From the human T2T-CHM13v2.0 reference genome, Homo sapiens: a DNA stretch of 64,000 nt. The translations under genes were made by a program, and so were the position numbers. Shown piece after piece: positions 40,462 through 55,069 of the stretch; the first letter of the stretch is position 1, and every line of letters begins with the position of its first letter. The stretch is from the NCBI RefSeq assembly GCF_009914755.1, contig NC_060925.1, one strand, 5' to 3'. Below the pieces are notes generated by a model that was not told the DNA's origin, ran no database searches, and saw nothing but the letters and a program-made list of their open reading frames with translations.

Positions 40462-43400
40462 TTATTAACAGTAGCTGATAATAGCCCCAATGGTGGCTGT
40501 GGGAACACGGTATTAGGAGAAGTAGTAGCAGTGGTAGCAGCCACAGCAGTAAAGGATTAGGATGCTATCTGTCCTTTCTGAGTGCTATGAGCCATTAGGA
40601 GAAAATGTATCTCTCAAAGGCAAAGTACCTGAAAAAGCTGCAATTCTTCAGGATTGGAGAGAATAGCAAAGGAATAGAGGCTAGACTGGATGTCATTTAG
40701 TCGGAGCCAGTTTTGTGCCAATAGTTTTCATTACACTTGTTATCTCATTAAATCTTGACAGTTTTTCAAAAGATGAAATTGGGACTAAAAATGGTTAGGT
40801 GACTTACTCAAGGTCATAGCTGTTTGATGGTGAGAGTCTGACCCCAAGCTCAGGAGTACCTCATTCCAAACCCACATTCTACCCTGTACCACAAGGGGAA
40901 AATTGTAAATATCAGGACTGTGGGCTCCCTGAGAGCTCCTGGAGCCCTCCTGGTCTGGAAGGATGGCCTCTTTTCTGCTTCCCAACTCTTGTGTATGAAT
41001 ATCTTCCATATATATCATGCTATACTCTTGACTTTTTGCATTAATCCATTTATTAATATGTCTCCTCAACCCAGCTTCCCAAACTGTGAACTCTTTTTCT
41101 TTTCTGTATCTCATTGTATATGTACCTCACATCATAGTATCTAAAACATAATAGACTTAATTCACTAAATATTTATTGTTCACCTACTAGACACAGAAAA
41201 TTCTTCTAGGCATTTAGACTCCTCAATGAACAAAACACACAAAAAAATTTCCTGCCTTGTTAGAACTTACAGTCTATCACGGAAAACAGATACTCAACAG
41301 GAAACATAATAAATAAGTAAATTCAACATATGATCATTGAATAAGGTGAATAAATGAGAGAATGATTGATAGAATGGAGGATGGGTATTCTGATATCTTT
41401 CTAATCTGATCATGGTCATATTTTCAAGGACAAATTCCGCATTGGTACAATTTCCGCATACATAGCCCTGATTTCATTTGATCTCACGGCAATCCTGCAG
41501 AGGCAATTATAGAATGATGAGCCTCATTTTGTGGAAAGGGAAACTGATGGTCAGTGATGTCCTGTACCTTAAACAAGGTTGAACCCCTAGAGAATGAGGA
41601 CCCCTGAACATGACGCCTAAACATTGAGAGCAGGTCTCGTGATCTCCCCACCCTCCCAGGCTCTCACTCACCCTGGGTCAATTCCCTACTACCAAAGGTG
41701 AGGAAAGTTCAATTTTACTATCTGGCATTTTTCTTTGATTCCCTGATGTCTTGGTCTTAAGATGCTTTCTGATCACCCACTGTATCTGTTCATGGTGCAT
41801 ATATAAATATCTCAGCTGTCAATATCAACAATAGTAATCTCAGAAAAAATAACTGCTTACATTTGTAGTCTTTGTCTGTTTCCAAGGAGTTTTACTGTAA
41901 CCTCATTTAATCCTCCCCTTAAATAACCCTTAGAAGTAGGAATAGTGGAGGTTTCACCTTGAATTTACCTGAATTTCATTTTGCGGCTTAGAAAACAGAT
42001 CCAGGGAGATGAGGATACTGGCCAGAGTCCCTTGAGTAGGGAACAGCAGCCCCAGGATGGGATGCCCAGCTCTCCTGGTACCCCAGTGGGCTCCCTCCTC
42101 CCATGCGCCCCACACCCAGCCTCCAGACACGGTGAATTTTCTCAAAGCATCTCATTCACCATCTCTCAAACCCTTCTCTCTTCTGGTGAGTCAGCCACTG
42201 CCATCCATGTTTCTCATTTTTATGCGCCTGAGATGTGCAGGATGTGCGTTCTTGTGTGGAAGCCTGTAAAATCTATTTATGGACCTAATTGTCAGTTTTC
42301 ATGAGTGACAGACATACAGTGCTTTGACTACCCAGCCTAATGCGTCTGTATCTGACATTTTAAATAGAACTCTCTTTCCCCCTCCCTGTTCTTTTAGGAA
42401 GTAATTTAAGATAGCAGGTATTTTTATATTCATATATCTTTAATTATATCTACACAACTGTCAGAGATTAATGATTTCCTCAATCTGGCTCTTCTTAAAG
42501 GAGAATTCAGAACTTACAAAACACTAAAAGCAGCTCAAACGGATGCCGTCAGTAACAAAGACATTCCCAGGCAAGGGGTTTGGCTTTAGTCAAGTTTGAG
42601 TTCTCATTGTAGATTAATTTTGTGCAAAGTTTCTATGAATTATTGAAAAACCAGCACTCGTGGACGGCCAATATAAATAGATCTATACATGTAAACCAAT
42701 AAAAAAGCATGTGACAGACGGAGAGCAGGCTTGGAGTGGAACTAGTCCCTTGCCCCCAGAGAAATAAGCAGCAATAGGTCCCAGGTGGTATCTATGTATT
42801 TTGACCCCAAACAAAAATCTCAACTTCTCATGTAAGCAAACTCAGTCTAGAAGCTTGAGATTAGAGAGGACTTCAGAAATAATTTCTCCAGCTCCTCTGC
42901 TTGATGCCAGAATTGCTGCTGCAGTAAAATTCACTTACCCATGGCTGTTGAGTGCCACACATGAGGCAGGCCAGGGGCCCATGCTAGGCACAAGGCATGG
43001 CTCCTGAAATCAAGGGACTCCCAATTTAGAGGGAATAAAAAACAAGCAGAGTCATCTGCACACAAGGGAAGAACCGCACTGAGGGATACCTACACAAGGC
43101 TATCAGAAAAAGGGGAGGCAGGAAAGTGGGCACAAGTTTCCTGCTCACCAAGTATGTGATGTTGGGCAAATTAATTTCTTTTTCTTCATGAGTAAAATAG
43201 GATTAATAATATTTTCCCTTCATGAGTAGCAAATGACATCTGGCTTTTGTTTCCCATGCCTGTCTCATTTCTACTGCTCCCCTATATGAACCCTGAGCTC
43301 CAGCATCCTGAATTTCTCATCATTCCTCCAAAACACTATGATTCCTTGCATCTCAATACATGGAGTGTCTCAGATGATTCACTCATGAATTCCTTTTGTT

Positions 43401-43918
43401 TAATAAACTTCTAATCAACTTTTATGATCTAGGCCCAATGCCACCTCCCCTGTGAAGCCTTCTCCAATCTCCCAGGTACATTTATCATTCCTTTAATCCC
43501 TGGCAAATACCTTTATAAAGGTGCTTATCATACTGGACTACAGCAATTTTGTTATCTATCCTCACAACGAGTTTGTGTTTCAAGAAACACTGTTTTATAT
43601 TTAATATCCTCAGGGTCTGGCTACTGACTGTCCAATGGCAGACAGGTACTTAATAAATTAATGAAATGAATGAATACTGAATGAATGGATATATGATCAA
43701 AGAAATGATGAGCAATATGTATAAATACTTAGTAAACTATAATAAAAGAAGCTCCTGTTTAATGAATGATACCCTGTCCCCGATGCAGGGGTAGGTTCAT
43801 ATAATTCTATCATCCACAACAATTCCACAAAATAGACTTGCTCTAAGTAAATTTATGGTATGGGCACTGAACAATCTCAACTGATGTCAGTGACACACCA
43901 TGTCAGCCCTTTAGATAC

Positions 43919-44350
43919 TGTAGTGGGCTAAATGGTGGTCCCAAAAAGGTACTGTCATGTCCTAATCTACCAATCCTATGAATGTGAACAAATTTGGAAA
44001 AAGATATAATTCTGCAGGTGTAATTAAATTAAGAATCTTGAGATGAAAGATCATCCTGGATTATTCTGGTAGGCCTTAAGTCCAATAATAAGTGTTCTCA
44101 TAAGAGACACATAGAGAAGGCTACGTGAAGGCAGAGCAGAAAGAGATGCAACCACCAGCCAAGGAATGCCAGTGGCCACCGAGAGCAGGAAGAGGCAGAG
44201 AGCAAAGAGCTCCCACAGGGAGTGAGTGCAACCCTGCCCACACTGTGATGTGGACTTCTGGCCTCCAGAACGCTGAGAAAGTACATTTCTGTTATTTTAA
44301 GCCACTCAGTTTGTGATAATGTGTTACAACAGCCTCAGGAAATGAACACG
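43919..44350 (+). mobile_element. MLT1C/B MaLR solo LTR
   Basis: 'tgtagtgggctaaatggtggtccc', 'agccaaggaatgcc', 'ggacttctggcctccagaac...atttctgttattttaagccactcagtttgtg'. Confidence 0.88.
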
Positions 44351-45749
44351 GAGAGATATTTCAATCTCTGTCATAAAGACAAGGAAGCTGAAGTTGAGAG
44401 AGGAAGTGTTTTCTCTAAGCTATGAGATTCAGATCTGAACCTGTCTTATGCCGAAGAAGACTTCATACTGTCTATGGTATCATAATCCCTCCCAAGGGCA
44501 GCCTCTGGAGAAAGATGCCTCCAGCACTTCGCAGCCCGAGTACCTGAAACATACAGGTGCCCAGGTTCTACCTCTGGTTCTACCTTTCTGAATTTTGGGG
44601 CACCTGTGCTTTTGTTTTTGTTTTTTGACAGATGCTTCAGGTCATTGCACTACACCGTAGGACTGAGGTCCAGAGCACCAAAGGGCATGGGTTCTACTCT
44701 TATGGTATTGGATAAATGCCCACTCCAAAACACATATCGGGAAACACAGAAGGGAAAATAACAAGAACCAAACCCCAACTTGACAGCTGGGCTCTCTGTC
44801 TTTTCCATGGGTATCCCACGCTCCCCCATGCTGCTGTGCTATGAGAGCGGGGAGTGGGAAAACAATTAAATATAAGAGTTGGTTCTAAACCAAAGCCATT
44901 CCAACTCCCCACAGGGTTTATTAAATCATTTATAATTCCAAGAAGCTGAAGTAAATATTTAATATTTGATTCCTAATCCATAAATATTTACATGTAGGGA
45001 TTTCTCCATGTTCAACAAGCCCACCAGAGGTTTTACACTTTTAGCAAGTGTGACTAATGAAACCTTACAATTCCCTACCCCAAAGCAAGGAGCATCTGGC
45101 CACTCCCTCAAGAATTCTGATGCAGGGAACAGGCGGTGTGCACCCGGAGTGCAGCCACGATCACTGAGAACTGTTCAAGGATTCAGCTTTGACAATCACT
45201 CTGGGGAAGAGAAAGAAATAGCGACAGAAACAGAAAACAAAAAACTGATGATGCTGCTGCAAAAGAAGGACCTTCCAAAGGTTGCCGTGATATTTTCTGT
45301 TTGTTAACCTTATGGCAATTAACATTTAAAGTGGGCTTCCAATGTGGAAATATTGATATAATGTCACTAGAAAATCCAGATAACTCTTTGTGAATCCTCC
45401 TTTAAAAGTCCCAGAATGATACTGGCAGTCTCAATTCATCCAACCCATTCCAGTGAGATATATAATTGTATTTATTAAGTTTATTTCCTTTAATAAGTGT
45501 GTGACATCCTGGTAGGAGGTGAAAAATAAAAAAACCAGGTTTCTTCCCTGAGAGCACCTTACTCTCTTCCTAAATGACTTGTAATAAAATAAGGAGAGCT
45601 GTCAGTCATTAAATACCTTCTATGTGCCAAGCCCTCTATTAGGTTCCATACATACATAATTCTAATTCTAAAATCCCAATTTTATGAGTGAATACAGAGG
45701 CTTCACAGGTTAACTAGCTTGCGGAGCTAGGATTTAAACACAGATGATC

Positions 45750-46260
45750 TGTCAAGGGCCAGTCAGGCAAACTGAGCACTTGCCAGCTATTCACAGAATT
45801 TAATGTAAGGAACCTTTACAACGGTGTTGGAGAAGTTGAAAAGTCAGGGAAAGAGGAAGTGATCCAAGGATTAGCAAGAGCAGGAAGGTGCTACCAGCCC
45901 TGGGATTAGAGCAACAAAAGAAGTAGGTGCCATGACCGAGCCAGGGAGATGGGGCCACTGGAAGGTGGCTGGGGCTGTGGTGGAGTTACTTTAGAGAGAT
46001 CGAGAGAGGGCAGCCACCTGTGGGAATTGGATCCACAGAGGAGATACAGCCACTGTCAGAGCCACAACCGGAAGTGGAGAGGTAGAAGTGCTGGACTTCT
46101 ACCTTTGGCCCAACCTCCAGTCTCCCACCAGCACCTCCCATTTGTTGAGCTGACCCCCAATCCCCTTGTCAGGAGAGCACAGCAAAATAGAGTTCCAGCT
46201 CCCTGGGATATACAGAAAGCCTTGCCATGCAGGGATGGAGGGTGAATCTGAGTGACAAGC
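45750..46260 (-). mobile_element. LTR33-like ERVL LTR
   Basis: 'gattagcaagagcaggaaggtgctaccagccc' and 'ctccagtctcccaccagcacctcccatt' match my recall of the LTR33 antisense consensus. Confidence 0.65.
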
Positions 46261-49200
46261 ACCCCAGACCTGTCTAACTTCTCAGCCCTTGTTCTTGCTG
46301 ACAGAAGAATTCACCCCAATCAGAAGAAGCTGGGATCCCATCTCAAAGATGCCACTGATTTACCCTGTGGTCTCAAGCAAGACATTCATACTCTGTGGCT
46401 CTCTTTGGTAAGAGCCCCCTGAAGCTGTCACCCCCCTCCCTGGCCACTCACAGAACAAATATGAAGGTCAGGCAGGTGGTTCAATGAGGCCCTACGTAGG
46501 TATGTCCAGGGGCGTCTCTGCTTACCTGAACCCATGCACAGGTTTTCTTTAACTTAACAATGTAGGATATTCAGATTTACGCCCTCCTCCACTCCTTTCT
46601 GAATACTCCCTCCAACCTCTCACCCTGAGATGCACTTTACTTCACCCCAACTTGCTTAACTCTTTTTCTCCCGAGAATATTTTCCAGACACCAGGGAGAT
46701 GAGGAGGATTTCATGTTAGGGAGTGACTGGCAGGTGGGGGAGAGGAAGGTTGGAGAGGGACTGAGGTTGTTGCCCGGTAATCCTCCCTAAATCATGTATG
46801 GCAGGAGGTAGCAGACAATCATTTCCTGTGACTGAGACAAGATCAAAGGATTAAGAGGTTTTGGGCAAAGAAGGCTTGGCATTTGGTCACAAGAATTACA
46901 AAAGTCGATCTACTGAAAAGAACAGCTTGCTAGGTGAACGTCTGACAATACAGCCTGGGATCCCTTTGAAAAGCCCGAGCTCTTTCAGGGTGAAAGGCAA
47001 AGGAGAGCCCGAGCACTGGATGTCTGCCCACAAAAGCTTCTGCCACATCCCAGAGCTACAGACAAGCTCCTCTCCAAACATGCCCTCTTCCTCCTGCACG
47101 CCACTCTGAGAGATGCGTGGTTACTGTCTGAGCCTTCCAAGTCTTCTACTAATAGTGATGGCATCATCCACCATTTAGTGAGCTCTGAGCCCATGCTGGG
47201 CATTCAAATACTCTGCATGCCATATTGCATTATTCTTCATAAGAGCCCTGTGGAACAGACAGTAGTATTTTTACTTTATAAATTAATAGACTGAGATGTG
47301 GGTATCAAACAATTTATTTAAAGTTACTCCATTAATTAAAAAGTTGCTAAGAATACCTATGTGTTTAGTACTTACCATGTGACAGACAGCATACTAAGTG
47401 CTTCATAGCTATGCCCAAAACCATAAGAGGCATTGGTCTTTCTTCCCTATCACAGATGAAGGACCAGAGTCTGAGAGAGAAGTAAATCGCCCATATTCAC
47501 CACATTCAGATGTGGGAGAAGCAAGGTTCAAATCCAGGTCTCTTTCCTGCTAAAGCTCTTAAATACTCTTCATTATTTGTCCATTCACTCATTCAACAAA
47601 TACTTACTGAGCACTTACTAGGTGCTGGACACTGACGTAGGTGCTGGTGACCCTGCAATGAACACAGGAGTGTCCTCATAGAGTGGACACTTTCATCTGT
47701 GATACTGCATTGTGTTGAGGGAGCCTCCCTCCACCAATACTCACTGAGCACCTATTAGTGCCAGGCACCTTGCTTGGCCCTATCACACAGCTCCTACAAG
47801 TTTAGGATTCAAACTTGGGCCTGTTGGAAACATCATACCTGAGCCACCCCCACAACCCAGACCATCATCTGTAATGAGCAGGGACTGGGGTGGGTGAGGG
47901 AGTGTGGGTACAGTATAAGTCCAAGTTTCCAAAGACTTTCACTCCATAATCTCTAGGTCAGTCACCCAAAGTATAAAAGTTGGAAGACGCTAATGCAAAA
48001 ATGCCTCTGTAAGCCTTTCCCCAGAAAGGTTAAACCTGACACCATCCAGTTGGTGTAAGCAGCTCAAAAGATGCAGGCTGGAGTGCTAAGTGAACAGGTG
48101 CCAGCTCAGCTCATTAAGTCCCCCAAGTTTTCATCTTTCCCAAGCTAATTGGCATGAACACATAGGGTGCCGGATGGCTATTAAGTGGATAGCTGCAGCA
48201 GGCTCTTTAAGATTCAAAATCTAAAGGAGTTTGGGATCAAAGAAACAGAACATGACTGTATGTGAAAAGCTGCACTGGAACTCTGCCTCTGTCCTCACTG
48301 GTGTTTACTGTATTTTGAAGGAAAAACAACTGGTTTTGGCAGGATGACTGCTTCGTGTTGCCACTGGGAAGTACTTCTCATTGTGTGGTGCAATTATTTG
48401 TCTGTTTCCCTGATGAAACTCACTTCCTGTAAAGACTTACTGAACACCGACTTTGCGACAGGCATCGGGTTCCAGGTTGGGAAGCACAGCTTCACAGGGT
48501 TGGTGAAGAACTGGTTCCCATCCCTGCCCTCAGGGGACATGGTCTGGTAGAGAGACAGACATAGGGATGAGGCAAGTACAGTACAGCACACTGTGAGAGC
48601 TACTGTACTAGAGGTCAGTATCCAAGTAGCCCCGCGGAGGGCCTGATTATCTGTGTTTGGCTGGGTCTAGGAAGGCTTCCTGGAGGAAGTGCCATCTAGG
48701 CTGATTTTTGTTTGGTAGTTGTACCTGTTCAGTACGTGCCTCACCCTTCCTACCAATCATCCACAGGGTGGGCTGTAATCACTACTGTCACACTGATTGT
48801 TCCAAACTCTTGAATAGACTATAGGTGGCCACCATCAGAGCTGGGCTGAGCTTTACAGATTTTCACTGTCTAGAATCTGGAACTGGAACCCTGTAACTCA
48901 GGTGCAGATGGGATCTTGGATGGAGAAGCTGGCCACAAGCACAGTGACAAACAAAGGCAAGTCTGAACACAGGGAGAAAGAAGCATGAAGCAGGTGTCTG
49001 AAAAGAGCAAAGATAAATAACTCTGGAGAGACTCCTGAAGGGAGATGTTGGCGTTTGATTTTCTAGTGCGGGGCTCCAAGCCCTCAGGAGAGCCAGCTTT
49101 CCAGATTGCTTTTTTCATGAGTGGGTTACATTCTAAACAACTGCATGATTCCAGAGGAGGCCAATGTGAAGGCTGAGCATTCAGCCTTAAAGCCATAAAG

Positions 49201-50254
49201 TAGAACCACACGCCTGGAGACCATTCAAGTGTTGAGCTGTAACTTCTTAAAAGGCAGGAAAGCTGAAGTGGGTGTCTCCTGTATTGCCACATCTAGCACA
49301 GAGCCAGGCAGGATGGATGCGCATCCCACACAACATTGCACATCCCACTTCTCACAAACTTTAGAGTCCCAAGAATCAGCCTTGCTGCCTGGGCTTTGGT
49401 TTTCTCATAGTAACAATAGCAGTAAGCTAGCACTTCACTAAATATACACCAAACTGAGGCACTTACATACATGATTTCATCTAGTCTAAATTGTCTCTCT
49501 GAGAGATGGGTCCTATCACTCCTATCTTATGTGTTAGGAAATGGAGGCTTAGAGGATTTGGAACCTGCTCCAGGCCACATAGCTTAATAAATAAATGGCA
49601 GACTGACTGATCAACTTGTAACTCTAAAGACAGTAATGCAATTACTGGGCTCTGAAGAATACCTACCTCACTGGTTGTTGTGTTAAGAGAGTGAGTTTAA
49701 ATAAGGCTCCTACACACGTGGCTGGCCATCAGAGAGGTGTTCAAGAAATACAACTTTCAGCCTTCCTAGCACAGTGGGTTGGGTGTGGGGCGGGCAGTAG
49801 GGGTCAGGATAGGCTGGTGGCAAGATGAGCATTCTCCTTTGTTTGTGATAAGAAGAAATAAGAAAAGTGTGGGAAGAATACCAGGGCTTCCCTCTTGGGC
49901 TATCAATGTAATAGCTGCTTTCTGTTCCCCCCCATTTCAGCCCTTGCAAACTATGAAAGGTCAAAATGTTCTGGAAATTTCTGGGCCAAGTGACCAAAGA
50001 CTCTGGGACCTCAACTTCTATTTGCACCACCTTTTAACCCATCTTTGCCTATGTGGCATGGGCTGGCATGAGAAAAGAAATATAACTGGTCAGTTTCCAC
50101 CAGATGGTAGTGAATTGAAGTGAGAGGGGATGTCTTATGGCAACTTATGATATTTGAGTATTTTGAGTATCCATTTGTTTTAATGTGGGAGTCACGAGAA
50201 TGCACCTCGCCAACCTCCCCTAACAGGGAAAGGAACTGACAAAGCATTCTACCT

Positions 50255-50690
50255 GCTACATTCAGACACCCTTCTTCATGTCTGCAAGAGGAACATGTTT
50301 CCCATAGGCCACTCCCAGCCAGTGACAAAGCAGGGCAGGATTCTCAGGCAGGCCCTTTCCCAGGAGACAGGGAACTCCTCTGCTAAGCAACTTTGGCTTA
50401 AGTACTCCAATAAGACCTGGCTGAAGTTGCCTTAGGACAGCGCCAACATCTAAGATGCATCCACCAAGCCTGACTGCCTGCCTGCCTGCCTGCCTGCCTG
50501 CCTTCCTTCCTTCCTTCCTTCCTTCCTTCCTTCCTTCCTTCCTTCCTTCCTTCCTTCCCTCCCTCCCTCCCTCCCTCCCTCCCTCCCTCCCTGTCTTCTC
50601 CACTCGAGTCAAACATGCATTGTGGTCTGATGGCTCCCCTAGCCGCCCCTGGCTGCTTCCCTATTTTTCCTCACTGACATGAGAATGTCT
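50255..50690 (+). mobile_element. LTR16-like ERVL LTR with internal microsatellite expansion
   Basis: 'ccactcccagccagtgac', 'caactttggcttaagtactcc', 'catgcattgtggtctgatggctcccc'. Confidence 0.65.
50477..50592. repeat. Compound tetranucleotide (CCTG)6(CCTT)14(CCCT)9
   Basis: Counted directly: 50477-50500, 50501-50556, 50557-50592. Confidence 0.96.
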
Positions 50691-51383
50691 TTTCCTCCCC
50701 TGTCCTCACCTCCTATGTTTGACTGGAATCTCACCAGCCCTTGACTGCTCCATCTACTGTTGACAATGGAGCCTAGTGAGTCGAGACTGAACAGAAAGAA
50801 GACCTTCAAGGCCCTGCTGGAAAGGAAAAGTCTGACCCAGGGCCAGCGGTGAGTCCACTTCCTACACATAGGCCTTCCAGATGCAAACCTCACCCTATTA
50901 ATTTTCCTCACTGAAGTTATTGGGTACCACAGGCATTTTCTGAAATGTACCAACCTCGGCATTTGGCTTCAGAAGGATTTTAGAGATGATTTCACCCATC
51001 GAGATGGATAATCCTTCAGCTTTGAAATGGAAGATCATAATGCTTTGCCAATCTGCTCTGATCCCAGAGAAAATGGACTGATAAAAGAAGATGATTTCAA
51101 GGTTTAAAGCCACCCTCTTCTTCTAACCCAATCTGTTAAAAATTAAAACTCAGTAAGGCATAGTGAGAAGGCTTTCCAACCTGTCATTCTTATAAAGCAG
51201 AGATACTAAATAGCCCGCAAATTATCTTACTGAAAATAAGATAGAGGCTAGTGTGGTAGACAATGTTCTAAGTCAGAGGCTGATGCTTCACCACTTGTTC
51301 AGCTGTGGGCCCTGAGCAAGTTGCCTCCCACAAATTTCAGTTTCCTCTTTTAAAAATCCAGACGAGTGTCTTATATAAGTTAA

Positions 51384-51824
<441 letters not shown>

Positions 51825-53884
51825 AAATTTTTTTTTTTTTTTTTAATCTAAGCCATGGGCTTAACTGCTTAAAAAAAAATTGTCTTATGCAAGTTTCCTC
51901 TTTAAGAGGCAAGGGAGCATAAGGAGGAGGAAGAGAACTAATATGTAAGCAAGGTCTAGAATAGGTGTTTGTCTTAATTTCCTTCCAAGATCTTTATTGC
52001 ATTTTTGTTTGATTGCAAGCAGTTCTGATCCTTCTGATGGATATGTGTGCTGTGCTCTCAAGAAGATAAAGAGAAAAGGATAGAGAGAAAAAGAGAGAGA
52101 GAATATAAAACTATATACTCACAAGCAATGATGGATGCCAAGGACAGAAAATTTCCAGTAGACCTGGCCTAAAAATTGTCATTTAAATTTGCAATTTAAA
52201 AACACTGTCTGACTTTTTGATTTAGCTGACTGTATAGGAGAGACAAATAATGGAATCCTAATAAGCAATGTTTAAATGACATCTCCAGTCTCCCAGACAG
52301 AGAGGGCGGCAGTAGAATTCTAAGAAGAGAATATAAATCTACCAAGAATAGGAAAGATGACCAGAACTAAATAGTTGCACTAATCACTTGATGACAGATA
52401 TTAGAAAAATGTATTTTTAGCTGTTTAAAATTTGAATCCTTTACAGAAGAAGGGTTGGTTATCAGCTAAAAACCCCTAAAGTCATTGTGAGGGGACAAAA
52501 CTAAGCTCTATTTTTACATTTCATCGCATTAAAACAGATGAACCAAAAAATCAAGACACCAGGACAACATATTAAAGTTGATAAGCTGAGGTTAAAAGAT
52601 CTGAACAGCAAAGCACACTCCGGTTCACAGCCATTCATTGGCAAATCTTAATTCCCGTGCTTTACTAGAGTGGTGGTCCCCAGTGGTGACATGCCCGCAA
52701 AGGGGAGCCCACTCCAAAGTCTCAGTTTCTTCTCACTACAGGAGAACAAATTAGCATCTTCCCCTGCCCGCAAAACACAGAAGATAAACACTGTATCCGT
52801 TCAAGGATGAAAATAGAAATGAACCAACAACTGCTAAAAGCAGTTCTGTAACACCACAGCTTAAGCAAGATTTGACAAATTTGGGAATGCACCAATAAAA
52901 ATGGCAACAATGACAGAAAGATTGAGAGAGAGGTTTTGTGAGAAAAAGCTAAAGAAAATTAGATCACTTAGCAAAATGATAATATTGCAAAAAGTTTATG
53001 ATATGAGAATAGCTTAAATTGTGAGGTTTAGTGAAAAAGTAATACAGAATTAAATACACAGAAGGATCAGACAGGATGTCATGTGTTTGCACGCTTGTGT
53101 GCACACAGTAGTGTGCAGGAGAAAAATACTGAAAGAAAATATACCTAAGTGTTAACTGTTCTCACTCATCGCCAGGACATAATTTCAGAATCCTCTCCAT
53201 AGCGCTCAAGGCAGCCATTAAAATCGACCAGGATTGGCAAATTACACAAAATCTATTTGCAATCTATAACTTTGTGAGCAGGAGGAGAAACTGCTGTAAT
53301 CATTACTTCAAAACATCAAAGAAAAACTACTTGAATATAAATTACTGATTATAAGTAAATGTAGGCCAAAGGCCAATGAATTACCTATTTAACATAGAAT
53401 ACTGTTCAACAAATGTTTAGTGAACACATATTATGCACCTGGCCCTATGCATAACACGAAATGAATAAAATATGTTTGTAATGTGAGGTAGCTTTTACTC
53501 TAGAAGAGGCAGGAACAAGTTATTGTCCAGCAAGATTTAGGATCTGCTAGTCTTCCTTTCACGGGAGGATAGGGTAGGATTTGTTTTTCACAAGTGGGGG
53601 TTTACAGATCTTCAATAACAGGAGATATTTCACAAAGTAACTATGGAACTAAAAATCATAAATAAATCTGAACCCCAAGAATGTTTATTTAAATCTCACA
53701 ACCTCTGGGAAGTCCTTGGATAGTTGGTTGTCTCTGCTAAGTGATTTCAACTTACTATAATAAACTATAATTGTTTCTTATTTGTCTCTCTTTCTTATTA
53801 GATTTTAAGTTCCTTGAACTCAGGACTTCTCCATAATCTTCTGTGGCCAGCACTCTGCCAGGTTTTGAAAAATGCTCAAAAATT

Positions 53885-53950
53885 GAATGAAGGAAAGGTG
53901 GAAGGAAAGAGGGAGGAAGGAAAAGAAAAGAAGGGAAGAAAGGAAGGAAT
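53885..53950. repeat. GA-rich low-complexity tail of an L2 3' end
   Basis: (GGAA/GAAA)-like run following 'tgctcaaaaattgaatgaa'. Confidence 0.7.
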
Positions 53951-55069
53951 TCAAAGAACTCTGTAATCATCACTTAGCCCTTAACAAAATTACCATGTTG
54001 ACAATTCTTGATTTGACTAGCATCTCTTGATCACCTATGACGTGCTAAAGTCCGCGATAGGCACCTTCACACATGTACTCAGCAGTTTCATTTTCCACGA
54101 TTTTGAACTCCAACCAGGAAGGTATTTATTAGAAGCTACTATGGTCAACAAAGTATCGATTTTGAAACCAGACTGCTTGGGTTTAAATCCTAACTCTGCT
54201 AGTTTCTAGCTGTGGGCAGGATACTAAATCTCTATGACTCTATTCATATAAAATATGAAAATAAACTGAGAGTAATATTTAAAATGCCTGTACATTAGTC
54301 TTCTCCCTATGAAAACGGTTTTTTTTCCTACAAACATATATATCATGTATCTTCTAGTATTTAATCACAGCCTCAACCTGACCAAAAGCCACTGGGCACT
54401 GGCTAAGACAGCAGAAACAAGTCTTGCAGAGCCTCAAGAAGCAAGGGCTAAAAGAGACCTTAGCAAGTTGCACGATTCCCACCTGCTATCAAGCATCAAG
54501 CTACCTTTCATAAGACCAACCTGATTTCAGCTCTCATGACTATCCATCACTGCTTCAGAATGACATTCAATGTCTTTAGCACATGCTTCTGTATCACTGT
54601 TAATAAGGGATATGGGCATGATCATTTTCCCAATGATAGGGGTCCTGATCCTTTTTAGGATCACATAATAAGAACATTTTTCATTGTTGGAGATAATTCT
54701 CCTTCCCGTGCACATTTGTCAAAGGCAGTTTCCAACAGTCCCGTACATCATCCTGAAATACATGATAAGATTCAGGTCTGCCATTCATCATCTACTGGGC
54801 TTCTTCCAGTGCAAGTCCCAGCATGGTGTGTCTTGCCTCTGGTTTAACAATTAGAATGCAAGTTCTCCCTACAGCAGTATTGCCAGCCAGGGAAAGCTGA
54901 AAGACTCAAGTGATGATAGTCCCAAATTTAAGGAATGTGAATCTGCAATGATGACATATAAATCCTTTATAAAGGTAAATTGCATCTGTAGCTACCATTT
55001 TACAACAGGAACCAGACCCCTAGGAAGTGAGCTTTCACTGGGGTTTTATTTGATGGTCTCTGCTGGGAA

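Noticed and set aside
50262-50682. Repetitive ORFs (GRKE and PSFL repeats)
   Set aside because: They are translations of the tetranucleotide microsatellite.
52690-52775. tgcccgcaaa repeated twice about 70 bp apart
   Set aside because: Several such 10-mer recurrences are expected by chance in 64 kb, and there is no other support.
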